Assembly (NCBI GenBank): GCA_016618085.1
Contig: JABLTG010000011.1
Location: 124,001 to 188,000, forward strand
Reading direction: 5' to 3'
Origin: Neovahlkampfia damariscottae
Lineage: Eukaryota
DNA length: 64,000 nt
In this document: positions 48,838-62,662 of the stretch, piece after piece
Position numbering within the stretch: position 1 is the stretch's first letter
Layout: every line of letters starts with the position of its first letter
Notes under the pieces: generated by a model
The model's input: the letters and a program-made list of their open reading frames with translations, nothing else
Databases searched by the model: none
Told to the model about the DNA's origin: nothing
Position numbers and translations under genes: made by a program

Positions 48838-49157
48838 TTGTTGATAAATGTCAGTTGTTTTCAAACACAAAAAAAAAATAGTCCAATCAAAATAAAACGA
48901 ATTTTAATTTTTAAAATTTTCGCAATACTTCAATTTTAAATTAAATTGTTTAAAAAATTCTTGTTTTTCAATTTTTCCAAAAGTAAAAATAAAATGATCG
49001 AAAATTAAAAAAGTTGAAAATAAAAAATCTGATTCTTGTTTAAAAAATAAATCAAAATAGAATAAATTTTGAAATGATATGTGATTCCATGAATTTACTT
49101 CCTTTTTATTTTCTTTAAAAATATCGTCAATAGTTTTCAAAAATCTAATTGGTCAAA

Positions 49158-50372
49158 TTAGTCAAAATAATACCTATGAATTAAATTTAATAAAATTGAA
49201 TCAATTTCTAATTCTAAAGTTGAAAATAAATCATTAAAATAATTTTTTTCTTTTATATTTGAAATCAATTTTGAATAATCTCTATTCAAAATCCAAATAA
49301 TACCTTTTTCGTTATTTCCTAATTTTAATAAAATTTCTTGAGTTATTTCTATTCTTTTATTTGATTTTAATTTATAATCTAAAATTAATTTTTTTAAATT
49401 ATAATAATCAATCATATTTTCTTTTTCTAAATATTTTTGAAATTTTGAATTTACATCAGTTTTGGAGAATATTAAATCAATTTTTGATTTTGCTGAAATT
49501 GATTTTGGTTTTACTTCAAATTCATTTAAATATTCAATTGACTTGTCAATCAATTGATTTCCATTTTTATTGGACAAATTAGATGAACTCACACCACCTA
49601 AAATATAAATTCTTTCATTATGAAATAAAATAGAATGTCCAAATTTAGGTGTTGATTTTAAATTTGATTTATTAGAAGATGATATTTTAGTCCAATAACC
49701 ATCTCTAAACATGAATAAATCATTTAAATATTTTTCATTTCCATCTTGAATAGATAATCCACCATGAATAAATATTATACCATTAATTTCAATACATGAA
49801 TGAAAACATCTATTTAATGGTGTATTTATTGATTTAATTTCTTTCCATTCATTTTTTAAAAAATTATATTCTTCTAAACAAGTTATAGTTTCTGATTTAG
49901 AATATCCACCAAATGAAATCATTTTACCATTTAAAATTACACTACTATGTCCAAATCTATGTAATCCTGTGTCATTTAATAATTTAAATGAAAAGGTTTC
50001 TAATTAGTTTAAATTAACCAATAATATTTCATTACTTGTATTTAATAAATATATATTTGAAAATATATTCTCTTCATTAGTTCCACCATAAATATATAAA
50101 TTATTATCATAAAGGTTAGTTGTATGAAATCCTCTAAAATTTGGTTTATCTCCTTCTACTTTAGGTTCGCCAAAACCTTCTTGTAATATATCATAAATTG
50201 TAAAATTAAAAGTTTCTTTATATCCAAATCCTTATTGTTTAGTTTAAAATTCATTCAAACCACCAAGAAAATATATTTGTGATGAATTTGATGAAGAAAC
50301 TAAATTCATAGTGTGTCCATAGGTAGGCGTTTCCTTTTTCAAAGCTGATTGAAGATCAACAAAATGTAACAT
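49158..50372 (-). CDS. Kelch-repeat protein with RGS-like C-terminus
   Basis: Repeated GH..YxxGG kelch units; C-terminal FQKYLEKENMIDYYNL..Y resembling RGS. Confidence 0.65.
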
Positions 50373-50461
50373 TAAAAACTGTACTCTTTGGTTTGTTTGT
50401 TTTTACAAGAGATTTTTTGACCAATTGAATCAATTTACCACAACAAAATTTATCATCAAGG

Positions 50462-51133
50462 ATGAATAACTTGAGTATTGCTGTTGTTTGTGCTTCAAAT
50501 CAAAATCGTAGTATGGCTGCCCATAAAGCATTAAAAGATGCTGGATTTAATGTTTCTTCTTTTGGTTTGAAAATTAAATTCTAAATAAAAAAAGGAACTG
50601 GAAGTCAAGTAAAATTACCTGGACCTACTGCTTATAGACCAAATGTATATAATTTTGGAACACCATATGAAGAAATCATACAAGATTTATTGAAAAAAGA
50701 TGAAAGATTGTAACCAAAAAAAATAAAAAACTAAATTTTAAGATACACTCAAAATGGGTTATTAAAAATGTTGAATAGAAATGCTTCTTTAAAAAGAGCA
50801 CCTGAGAGATGGCAAAAAAATGTAAAATTAATATTTATTTAATATTTTAAGGATAAACATTTTGATATTGTTGTTTGTTTTGAAGATCGTGTATTTGAAG
50901 CAGTTTTAGATGATTATTTGAATAGAGATTCAGTATATAATAAAAGTTGTCATGTCATTAATTTAAATACAAAAGATAATCACGAAGAAGCAGCAAAAGC
51001 AGGTGAGTTATGTTTGAAGTTTTGTTATTCAATTGCTGATAATGATGACTGGGAAGAAGAAATTACTCTTTTGATTGAGACTTTTGAAAAAATGACAAAA
51101 AGAAAAATGAATCATGTTATTTTCTTTGATTAA
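50462..51133 (+). CDS. SSU72: RNA polymerase II CTD phosphatase Ssu72
   Basis: VCASNQNRSM, GTGSQVKLPG, KDNHEEA; three introns. Confidence 0.93.
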
Positions 51134-51161
51134 ATTTATCCAATAAAAACTATTTCAAACC

Positions 51162-51565
51162 ATGAAGAAAGTGAACATTAGCGCAAATAAAAAATATTCA
51201 ACCATTCATAAATTACCATGTCATATAAACTATGAAGGAAAGTCAAATGAAATTGAGTCTCTATTTCAGATTGAAAAAGAAGAAAATGAAAAAGTATCAA
51301 GTTTTCGTGGAAGACCTTTGAGAGGAAAAGATATTGTTCTACCAAAAGATGTACATGGTTTTGTATTTGAAAATGAAAACGATAATAAATTTAAAACAAC
51401 TCATCAATTTGATTCATTGAGTAAGATTCTATTTTGTTAAATTGGTTATATGTAGCCAGTTGGGTGTTAGATAAAAATCCAGAGAATGAAGTTTCAATAA
51501 AAGGTGCATTAGAGTGGATAGAAATTTCAGAAATAATTCATGAACCAATTTTAAAAGAAAATTAA
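51162..51565 (+). CDS. RNASEH2C: RNase H2 subunit C
   Basis: HKLPCHI..G, SFRGRPLRG, C-terminal ALEWIEISEIIH. Confidence 0.85.
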
Positions 51566-51583
51566 AATTTTTTTTTTCGACCA

Positions 51584-52060
51584 ATGAATTTCCTCAAACA
51601 AAACAAAAGTTTCTTCAAAACAACTCTCAACTTTTCAAAAAAACTTTATTCAACTGAAGAGAAAGAAGGAAAAGAATGTGCAAGAATTTTGTTTGTAAAA
51701 TTGATAAAAAGTAAAGACCATCAAGTTGAAAATATTCAAAAATCTATTGCTGCCTTAAAATTAAGAAAAATCCATCAAATTGAAATACATAGAGACACAC
51801 CAACAATCAGAGGATTAATTTATAGTGCAAAACATTTATTAGAAGTCCGAAGTGTTTCAACAGCTGATATATTTCCAAATGGAATACCAGAAAAATACGA
51901 ATTCAAAACAAACAACGAAAAAAGAAAAGAAAAAATGGAAATGAAAAAGAAAAAGAATATGAAAGATATTCAAAAATTGACAACCTTTATTGATAATAAA
52001 GAAGGATTAAAATATGACAAATTGACAAAATCACCTTCAAAAAATAAAATGAAATATTAA
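51584..52060 (+). CDS. Mitochondrial ribosomal protein uL30m
   Basis: VKLIKS..ALKLRKIHQ..DTPTIRGLI..KHLLEV; presequence-like N-terminus. Confidence 0.75.
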   Translation: MNFLKQNKSFFKTTLNFSKKLYSTEEKEGKECARILFVKLIKSKDHQVENIQKSIAALKLRKIHQIEIHRDTPTIRGLIYSAKHLLEVRSVSTADIFPNGIPEKYEFKTNNEKRKEKMEMKKKKNMKDIQKLTTFIDNKEGLKYDKLTKSPSKNKMKY

Positions 52061-52085
52061 AAAAATAAAAACATTTTATTTGAAA

Positions 52086-55000
52086 TCAAACCCAACTTGT
52101 CCATCCAGAAAACATATTGCTTAATAATTTTGGATCAGTTGCTTGTTTTATTAATTTGTTAACTTGACCTTTGGTGCTTAATATTTCTCCATTTTCATAA
52201 CCTTGTAATTTTTCACTCAATCTCAATAAAGTTCTTTCTGCTTCTCTAGTTCTTGATTGATTTGATGAAGTTTGATTAATTTTTGAGTCAAAATTAATTG
52301 ATTCTTCTTCTCTGTTTCTTTGAAGGTTTAATGCTTTTTGAGGATTAATTGACCATCTGAATAGAGGATCATGAATGAATACTTCAACAATAATATTCAA
52401 TAAAGAAGCATTATTTCTCAAAACATTCATTGTTTCTTCACTACATCTTCTAAATATACCTTCTGTTCCAGAAACACCAAATCCATCACATATATCACGT
52501 GTTAAACGAAATGGAACTAATTCAGGAATTGGAAGTAAAAGTCCTTGACCAAATGCAACCCCTAAATCAATATGAACGACCTCTGCAGATTTTAAATCCA
52601 TTAAAATCTAAAAATAAATTAGTTTTTTTTATCACTTACGTTGTGAGAATGTCTATCACCCAATCCAATCACATAACCAACACAAGAATTGGATGCAACA
52701 CTTCTGGTATAAGCAATTCTTTTTGAAAACCATTCAGATGGCATTGAGAAATTTTCTAAAAAGAAATGATGGAATACTGGTGTAAATTTCTTTGCCACTT
52801 TTTTATAATTTTCATATTTTTCATCTGATGATTTTTGATCATATTGTGACATCCTTTTTCTAATATCACCTGGAGAAGGTTCATTTGGATGATATCTCAC
52901 ATGTCCAGATTGTTTTTCATTTTTTCCAGGTGTTCCTGTCAACCATTCTGCCAAAGGCATTGTATTTTCTACCCAACCAAGAAGACCTGATGTTGGTGAA
53001 AGTGGTATAACTTTATAAGTTCTAACACGTAGTGATCTTTTTTTTGTTTCTGGATTTACACTGAGCAATTTATTGCATAATTCAAAAATTTGTTGCATCA
53101 CAGCATCTTGTCTCAAATCATCTTTTCCTTTAACCAATTGTCTATATTTTAAACCACTAGATGTATGACATTTTACAATTTTTGGAAGATTAATACCTCC
53201 TGCAAGAGAGAAATATTCATCAAATTTATCAATTGATTCAAATTTATCATAATTTCCATCTATTTCTGGTGATATATCGATAGTTGGGATTGGTACTCTT
53301 TTCAAATTTCTAATATTTGTAATTTTCAAAGAAGAATCAAACTTGACTGGAGATGTCCAATTTCTATATTTTCTTTGATCAAGTGGGAGAAAAGCAACTT
53401 CAATATAAGCTTCAATTAATGATTCGTATTCATCAATCATTTCTTTTGATTCCATTCTTAATTGATTAATTAATTCTTTTGCACTATTTATTTTTTGTTC
53501 ATCAACAACAACAAGATCTTTTGAATGTTGATCTCCTGGTAATCTGGCACCATTTAATAGAGCAAAAATTTGTAAAATTGAATGATGTGGATGTTTTTTA
53601 CCCAAGTTTTTCAATAATTTCATATTAATTTTTTGAAATTCTTTTGAGTGAGATCCCATTCTTGAAGCTATTTGATAAACCAAAGGTATAAATTTATGTA
53701 CTTTGATTATTTTCAATAATTCTTCAAAGATTTTGTTAACTTGATCATTATAGTCATCAGTAGACTCATTTGATGCATTGGAGAACCAAAATGAACAAAT
53801 TCTGAATACAATATGGATATCATATTTTGAACTATTTTTTGATGAATATCCATAATTTTCCATTGCATGAATCATCGAAATATGACATTTCTTTTTTAAT
53901 TCTTCACTTTCTTTGTGATCTGAGATTGACACTTTCTTAATTTGACGAATTTGTCTTTCAATTTCTTTTTTTCTTTCATCTGAAATACCTCTTTGTTTTA
54001 TTGAATTTTCATACTCTTTCAACAAATTTTCATTATTTTTTCTAATTTCAGATAAATTTTTATATTCATCACTTTTCATTTTTCTGATAATATCTGTATA
54101 AATATTATCAAAATATTTTGCAAGAGTAAAATATGCTTGTGATTGATCCTTACTATATTTTACTGCATCAATCAAGTAATGATTAATAATATCACGAACA
54201 CCTTCAGTTTTTGTTTGATTTAACCATTTTCCCACTGTGAAGTATACTTTTCCCAATAATTCTTGTTCTTTTTGATCTTTTTTCAAATTTGAAATCAAAA
54301 AATTTCCAATTGATATTGCAGAATCTTGTTCACCCAATTCCCACAAAATTTTTGAATCCTCAAACATCCATAATGGTGTTGTTTTTTTTTCTTCCAGACT
54401 TAGGGAGTGTATTAAACTTGACGCCAATTGAAATCTCTTTGCTTTTCTTGCCATTCTTGAAAATTCACATAAATGTGATGGAATTAAATCTTTTCTTCCA
54501 ATAATATTCAATAATGTTGTTCTTAAAGAAAGAATTGGTTCAATATATGTGAAAGGATGCTCTGAAATTGAATTTGAACCAAAAAAAACAATTTCTGAAT
54601 TGTTTTTTGGTACATATGGTTCATTGCTAGCTTGACTATCAGATAAATTCTTCCAACGTAAATTCCATGCATTTTCAATTTCTGATAACATTTGGAGATG
54701 TGACAGATCAGTATACAATCTATTTGATGTGGTAATTTGATTAATAACATGAAGATATGCTGATTGATGATACTTCCAAAATGAATTTGATTCTCCTAAT
54801 GATAATGATTTTAATGCTCTGTATATTTTTTTATTTAATCCATCTTTTGGTGTTTGAATGTCAACATCAAATTGACTTGTTCTCCATGCAAGCTCAAATG
54901 AAGTATCTTGCAATGATGGCGATTGCTTTACTAAATTATTAATCGAATCACTTTTCATTGTAGTTGACAATAAAGAATTATATCCAATATTTTTTAATGC

Positions 55001-58000
55001 ATCAAAAATACCTATTGTAAGATCTATTGAATCTTGAATTTGATTGTTTGATTTTTGAGCAAGAATATCATAATTTCCTAATACTTTTTCGTAATCATTT
55101 TCATGTTTGTATTTTAAAATTTTTGATTTAAGTCCATAATTCTTGTTAATACCATAAATACCATCGGGTTCATCGATATTCTGGTAAATTTGAAGCAACA
55201 AACTTTGATATTCATGAACATCTTCTTCATAGCACAATTCATTTGGAAGAATGGAGATATTGGATTGTTCACAAAATGTTTCAACATACATCAAAGCAGT
55301 AAAATAACAACTTGATCTTAATGCAGCTTTTGAAACACTTAAATATGAAATTTTGAACCAATAATCATATTCATTTAAAGGTTTTCTAGTTTTTGGTATT
55401 CCTATTTTTTTTATTTCTTCTTTAATATGTGTTCTGAGCATATTTAATGCATTCAAAACTAATCTTGTAGATCTACCTTTAGTTTTTGTATTGTTTAATA
55501 CATATTCACTCAACAATGTGCTTAATTTTTCATTTAAACTTTTATCTGATTTATTATTTGTAAATATATCAAAAATAGCAAATTGAAATAGTTGTTCAGA
55601 AAATAAAGCATTATTTAAACATAAAATTGAACATGCTAAATATACTTCATCTTTACATACATTTTTGATCAAAGAATATGTCAAATTTTTTATCCAATCT
55701 TCATGTGTTTTATTGGAAGTGTCAAATAAATTTTCATCCAATGCGTCTTCTTTTGGTTCATCAATTTTTAATCGTTCATAAATACCAGCAGAGCTAATTG
55801 AATCTTTGGATGATGATGTAAATGGTTGTAAATTCATTTTGATATCTGCAGGCAAATTTTTAAACGCTACTTTACCAGATTGAGTATTTAGGATTTTCTT
55901 CAATAAAATAGAAGATATTTTCATAATTTTAATATTTTTATCAGTAGTCAAAGAGTTTAACAAAGAAAGAATGTGAACTTTTGATTCTAAACTATAATTT
56001 TCTGTTGAATTCATATTTGTGAATTCATATTCTCTGTGAATTTCATTGAAATCTTGTGTGAAGGAGTTAATAAATTTTGGTATGGTTAATCCAATTTCTT
56101 TCAAACATTCTCCTGCTTCATATTTTCCCTCATGGTCACCCGCACATATCCTTGATAATTTTCCAATTAACTTTGTAATTAAATTATGATTCATTTGATC
56201 TCCTTCTAATTCTTGGATCAATAGATTTTTCTTTTCTTTCACTAATCTACAAATTTGACTCAAACCTAATTCACCTTCTTGATTTGTAAATTTATTTATT
56301 TCATCAAAAATATGGATGTTTGTTGATTTTTGTGAGTATATTCTCATTTTTTCAAATTGAATAAAATCAGTTGTAGTAATTGGAAAAGGTTTCAATTCTT
56401 TCATGTAAATTTTCATATTTGAATTAGTAATTAGGGTTTTGATGATATCTAAGCAACTCTTTTCACCAGTTTTATCAAATAAATTAATGAGATGAGTGAC
56501 AATGGAGTTTAAATTTCTTCCAATTTCTCTGAATGAACTTTGAGAGGTAACGGTTTCTGAAATCACATATTGGAGTGCACTACATACTTTTGATGATAAT
56601 TCTAAAAATTGAGCTGAATTCAAAATAATGTGAATGATAAATCTCAAATTTGATTCATTTTGAACATTTTCTTTACCCATCAATTTAATGAAAAATAATA
56701 AAGAGTCAAATTGTTTAATGCGGAAATTTTTTCTTTTTGTGTTTGAAATTTTTTCGCACAAATGTAATAAAATGAGATGCAATCTACTTTTGGTTGCAGA
56801 CAAAAGTGATTCAATATTTTGATTGAATTTTGATGAGATTCTTTCAATTATTTCTTTTAATTGTTTTTCATCAATTTTAACCAAATTATCATCTTCAGTA
56901 TTCAAATATGATAACATGTTCAATAAAATATACTCAATTTCTGTTTCAATTGAATCTTTTTTTAAATTTTCAATCAATTTATTGATTTCTGCATATTTTG
57001 AGTGACTCTTTGGTAAGAATGATAGAAATGAGTAAATAACTGGAAATGTGTGCTCTAAAACCATTTTTGGTTCTTTTCCAGAAGTTTTACACAAAGTGAC
57101 AAATAAATTTGAATCTTTACAAAGTATTCCTATGATCATATGTTCAATATATTCATCAAAGAATTCAGCAAAACTGTTCTTTTTTAACAATACAAAAGGA
57201 AATTTTTGAAAATTCAATTCATTTTTTATCCATTTGTCAACAATAAATGTGAAGTGCTCTTCGAGATGATTTCTAATAGAATCATATTTTAAAGAAAGTG
57301 AAACAAAATTCAATGATTTTTGAATCCAATCTCTCATTATTGAATTTTCTTCCACAAAATTTGTTAAGGCAATTGAGAGATATTCCTTTTCAATGTATTC
57401 ACTATGGACTGCCATTTTTGACAATGCAATAATTGAACTTTTTGTTAAAAGTTCATCATTCTTTTGGTTTATAGATTTCAATAAATCAGGAAGCATTTGA
57501 TCAAAAAGTTCATTAGGATCATAAAATTCAAACAAATCGGTAATATAATCCAGAATAAATATTCTGTTTTTGTAACATTTATCATTTGTGAGCATATTAT
57601 CAAAGATTGTTAAAAATAATTCAGAAATTTTTTCATTTTCTTGATTTAAAGAAGTAAAAATGCTCAAATTCTCCAAAAGTAATAACCTTGATGGTGAATT
57701 TAAGTTTTGAGATCCATATAAGAGTTCAAATTTTTCAACTAATTCATCAGGTATAACTACCAAATTTTTTTTTGTTTTCAACACCTTTAAAGACAGGCCA
57801 ATGTCCCTTAAAATTTCTAAAACTTTTACTTTGTCATCTGAATTTCTTAATTGAATTTTTGACAACCTTTCGATAGATTTTTGTTTCAATGATAAGTCTT
57901 GAAATTTTGAAAGACATTCAATGATTTTTAATTCATTATTTTCAGAATTCAATTCCAGGATTGTTTGAGAATTTATTGCTGGGAACTTTGAAATTAATTT

Positions 58001-60548
58001 AGAGATTGTATTTAATTTTCTAAGTTGCAATTCTGTATTTTCTTCAATTTTTATAATTTTCCCGTAGTCTACAACTTCAACATCCATCAAATCGGGTTGA
58101 CTACCGATCATGTCATCAAAATCTGTGTTTTTTGCTGAAGTGCATAAAATTTTATCTTTGAGCAAGTTCCATTTCTTTATGTAGTCTTTTGGAAAAATAC
58201 TTGAATCAATTGAAATGGATTCAACACTTAATACCTCTTCAATTGCAGTTAATACTGAGTTCCATTGATCATCATTTGAATTTGAACCAATGATTGAAAT
58301 GAAAGAGTTCATGCATGATGTGAACACAGCTTTAAAATTCGATACATTTTGATCATTTAAAATTTCAATTGGAAATATTTTAACAAAATGAAGAAAAAAT
58401 CTGAACAAAAATGAAGTACTTTGAGGAGATAAATTGTGAGTTTCAAGTAAATTCTTTGATATTTCACACATCAAAGATAATTCTTTTGGTTCAAAAAAAT
58501 CTTTTTCTGATTTGTCAATGAGATCTGTTGATTCAAAATTATTGAGAGGATTATCCAAAAATTGAAAGATTGAAATTTGATGTTCTATATCTTCTAGACA
58601 TAACTTTGAAAGATCATTCATTGATCCAACTTCTTCAATATTTAGAACAACAAAACTGTCATTATTGATACACAATGAAACGACAGCAATGGATACCAAC
58701 TTTGAGTTCAGATAATTTCTACATTTTTCTTCGGAAAAAGAATTGATTATCCAATTCAATATATTTTTTTTGATTTCTTCCATTTTTGTGAATTCCCTAA
58801 TTTCTTTGTTCGATAAAATATCAAGGAGTAATAAAATCAGTGAATTTGAGCAATATTCTGATGTTTGATAGTAACTGGATTCCAAAATTGATTGTACAGT
58901 TTCAACAGTAAAAATATAATTGAACTTTAATGTGCTATAGTAGACAGCTATCAAACCAGATACAGAATCAATCAATTCAACAATATCAGGGGAGTCTGTA
59001 GTGATCAATTTCATCAATAAATTCCATAATTTTTCCCAAAATTCCGACTTTTTTTTCATTGCCCCCATTTTCCCAACTGAAGTTAAACAACGAAGTGATA
59101 TTTTCAAAATTGAAATGTTTTCCCTTTTTTCTATGAGATCAGAAAAGTGTTGACTAATTGTTTCTAAAAAATCTTCTTCCCAGTTAGTGTATTTTTGAAG
59201 TAAGACATCCATCAACTCCAACCAATATTCCTGTGAAATTAAAGATTTGGGATTTGAAACAAGATATTCAAAAATATCATCTTTTAAACTTGTCTTTTTT
59301 CTCTTTTTTATTTCCTTCTTGTTCTCTTTCTTTTTTGAAAAAATGTAAAAAATATCTGCTCCAATGCTGAAAAATAATTTTTTTCTTTCAATTTGAGCTT
59401 TACTTTCTGTGATACTCAAACTATAGAATAATCAATAAATAAAAATAAAAACTTTTTTTTGTGGAAAGAAAATATTTTTGCTTGATTCAACATATCTCTT
59501 ATCAAATGGTAAAGTTCTTCTATTTGTGTTGGACCGCTTGAAAGATTGTTTAAATTCAAAATTGCTTTGAAAAATCTACAAAATTCAATCTATTGAACAG
59601 TTAGCATTAAATTGACTTCATACACGCAAATTATCATTTGTTTTTTCTCTCCAAACAATACACATGTTCTCAATAAGTTCTTCTCCAATTGAACCAATTC
59701 TTCTGGCTTTATTAAATCCTTTAAAATATATGAAATGATTAAAAGCACATAATATATTAAAATAGATTTTCTCATGCGTTTTTGTTGATGATTGAAGAAA
59801 AAAATCTTTAAAAAAATCCAAAATTGTATCTTCTTCCTCATAAAGGTCTTCAGAGTATTCACAAATCAAAGTTCGATAACAAATTGAAATATAATCAAGA
59901 ACATCCTTTTTTCCATCAAAATTCTCGTCAAGAATTAAATTTTGAAAAAGTTCCGCAAATTCTATTAGTTTTTTTGTTTTTAGAAATAAAGAATTTTATA
60001 CCTTTGAATTGTGTAATATCCAATGACTGACATGCGAATTTATTTTTGAGCATGCTTTTCAATGCAACTGTAAATGGGATTACAAAAATTTCGCACTGCC
60101 TTGGTATGGACAGTGTGTTGTAGATAAAAATATATAAACTTCTTATTGACGATTTTGAAATAATTTCGTTTTCCATTAGATCAGATACAATGGATTTAAA
60201 TTGTGGGCCCACTGATTTCTGAAGTACTTCTATTCCCTATTTTCTTTTAGTTCATCAATTTTTTACTCTAGTTTTATTTTGTTGATACGAAATTTCGTTC
60301 TCCACTGAATTTTTTATGATATTTATGGCAACTTTCCATTTTTTGCTATCAATTTCTGTCAACTTATTTTTATTATTTCTGATGAAGTTGCTAACAATTT
60401 CCAAATATTTCTAAAATGGATAAATTTAAAAAAACTAGATCATACTCTTCGATCGACTGTTTTTTCAGAATTCAGACCTTTAAGCAATTCCTTTATATTG
60501 TTAATTTATTTTTTTCAAAGTTACCTGTAAGTCGTTGTCCAAAACCAT
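52086..60548 (-). CDS. ATM: ATM/Tel1 PI3K-like kinase
   Basis: FAT (EPDGIYG), GGINLPK, DDLRQDAVMQQ, GLGDRH, HIDLG, PELVPFRLTRD, FATC; ATG 60548 followed by several small exons. Confidence 0.92.
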
Positions 60549-60586
60549 CTTCAACAAAGAAATTGATTGGTTGAAAAAAAAAAAAT

Positions 60587-61726
60587 TTATTTATTGTTGG
60601 AATCATGTTTCAATTCACTCAATCTTTTGTCAAGATCTCTTTTTAAATTTAAGTATTGATTAATATCATTTTTAAGCTGTAATTCAAAAAATATTTCATT
60701 TAAAGTATCTTTTATATTTGATTTGAGTTGTTCTTGTTCTATTTTTCGATAATACTTCAATGCTATTGAAGGGTCAATTGAAAAGTTTTCCTGTATTAAT
60801 GTTATTTGATCTTTTGGATCATGTAATGTACAAGCCAAATACAATCTAAGTTGATATTAAATCAATTTATATCAAACGGATTTTTGAATGTTGAAATAAC
60901 ATTTTGAAACTCATAAATAAATTTACTGTTCAAAAATACAAAAACTCTGTCCATTGGAAGATCTAAAAGAAGAGAAACTACATCTCCAGTTTTATATCTT
61001 GGATAATTTTCTAATTCCAAATATTCTTCTCCTCCTCTTGCTCTGATATATCCACTTGATGCATAAGACCAACCTAATGTAAATATAAAAAAATAAAATG
61101 TAAAACTATTTTTATTGAATCCAACAAAAGTGGAATCACTATGTAAATCTCTTTCTAAACCTATTCCAATATTCCAAGTTGATGACTTACTATCAATCCT
61201 GAAAGTTAATTCATAAGTATTTATATTTCAAACTTAAATTCAAAATATTTTGTTGTAGTTGGAAATAACTTTTGTAAAAGTAAGTTAGTTGTTATTTTCT
61301 TTACTTTTTCTGTTGAATGTATGGTCACATTACCTCTCATTGTACACCTCGCTGATTTATGGGAGTTTCCTAATAAAATTCTTTCAGGATTTTTCATATT
61401 ATTGAAATGAAACTTTATGAACAACTTTAACTAATAAAAATAACCTACTCTAAAATCTGAGTTACCAAATATGTCCAAGAATCTTCTCCAACCTGAAATT
61501 TCTTTATTTGCTGTCTGTTTGATTTTTTTAGTGAACGAAATTGTTTGATTAAATGTGGAAAATAAAATATTCATATCATCTTCATCACATAGACGGGAAT
61601 ATCTTCTGCTGACTTGACTGACTTTGGAAATTTCTTTCAAGTTCAGGTAACTAAAAATATTCCACAACATTTCATCTTTTTTTTTTATGTTAATGAATAT
61701 CATTTACCTGGTAGTTCTTGTTTCAT
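60587..61726 (-). CDS. F-box + SPRY-like domain protein
   Basis: LP|DEMLWNIFSYL..VSRRY F-box; KYFEF..IGIG..WSYASSG..GDVV SPRY-like. Confidence 0.7.
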
Positions 61727-61853
61727 TGTTTTGTTGTGAAATGTGTTTGTTATACGTTGTGAAAGTGTTCAACCAATGACAAACAAAGAGTCAATGGTTA
61801 TTTTACTTTGTCAAAAATTATTTTGAAGTCTAGAAATAAAATACTTGAAAGTA

Positions 61854-62051
61854 CTATAAATCAAAGTGATGAATGTTCTCAACATGATAATCATCAACAC
61901 TACTGAGAAAATGAATCAAATCCTTAAATAATTTCAACATTCTATTCCCTCTTGCAAATAATAGAACGACCAGAAATATGCTGAAAAATAATCTTCTTTT
62001 ATTTTTTTTGAGTGCCCAAACAAATTGTCTAAATTTTTCCAAACAAGACAT
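61854..62051 (-). CDS. Small hypothetical membrane protein
   Basis: 65-aa ORF with one hydrophobic helix; ATTGG just upstream of the ATG. Confidence 0.35.
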   Translation of the reverse strand: MSCLEKFRQFVWALKKNKRRLFFSIFLVVLLFARGNRMLKLFKDLIHFLSSVDDYHVENIHHFDL

Positions 62052-62080
62052 TGTTTCATTGGTCAACCGAACTATTGTGG

Positions 62081-62646
62081 ATGGAAGAAATAGCTTCACC
62101 AAAACTTACAAATGAATTCCTCCTCAATCTGAAAATTTTAACTAATTTTTCATCACAAAACCATTTACATGATGTTAGAATTATTTTAAACAATAATTTA
62201 CCTGATGCTTCTCATCATATTGAACAACAAAATTCAATTGTATTTTTTTTTTTACAAATCAAATTTCTAACAAGTAGAACAAAGGAGAGTATAGTTGGCC
62301 AAAAATAAAAAAAGCAATGAAACATGAAAATTCGAAAGAGAATCATTCTGAAGAATATTGGATGAGAAAATAGTATATATAATATTTGATATTAATAAAC
62401 TTATTAGTAATGAACTTTCAAAACATATTGAAGAAGAAGAAGAAGTAAATGAACAAATGATTTTATCAGACAGAATCATAAAACCGTAAGTTCATTCATT
62501 TTTGAAAAAATAAAAGAAAGAAAATCAATTTTAAAAGTGATACTGACATTGAAAAAAATAAAAACTCGCAAGATTCAATTGAATTAAGAAATTTGAATGA
62601 AATGAATTATGATAAAAAAAATATTATAAGATCATTTGTTGAATAA
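62081..62646 (+). CDS. Hypothetical protein (four exons)
   Basis: Open spliced frame with three canonical short introns. Confidence 0.45.
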
Positions 62647-62662
62647 AACTGTATTAATGTAT

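Noticed and set aside
48904..49140. 78-aa minus-strand ORF
   Set aside because: Non-ATG start, low complexity, no recognisable motif
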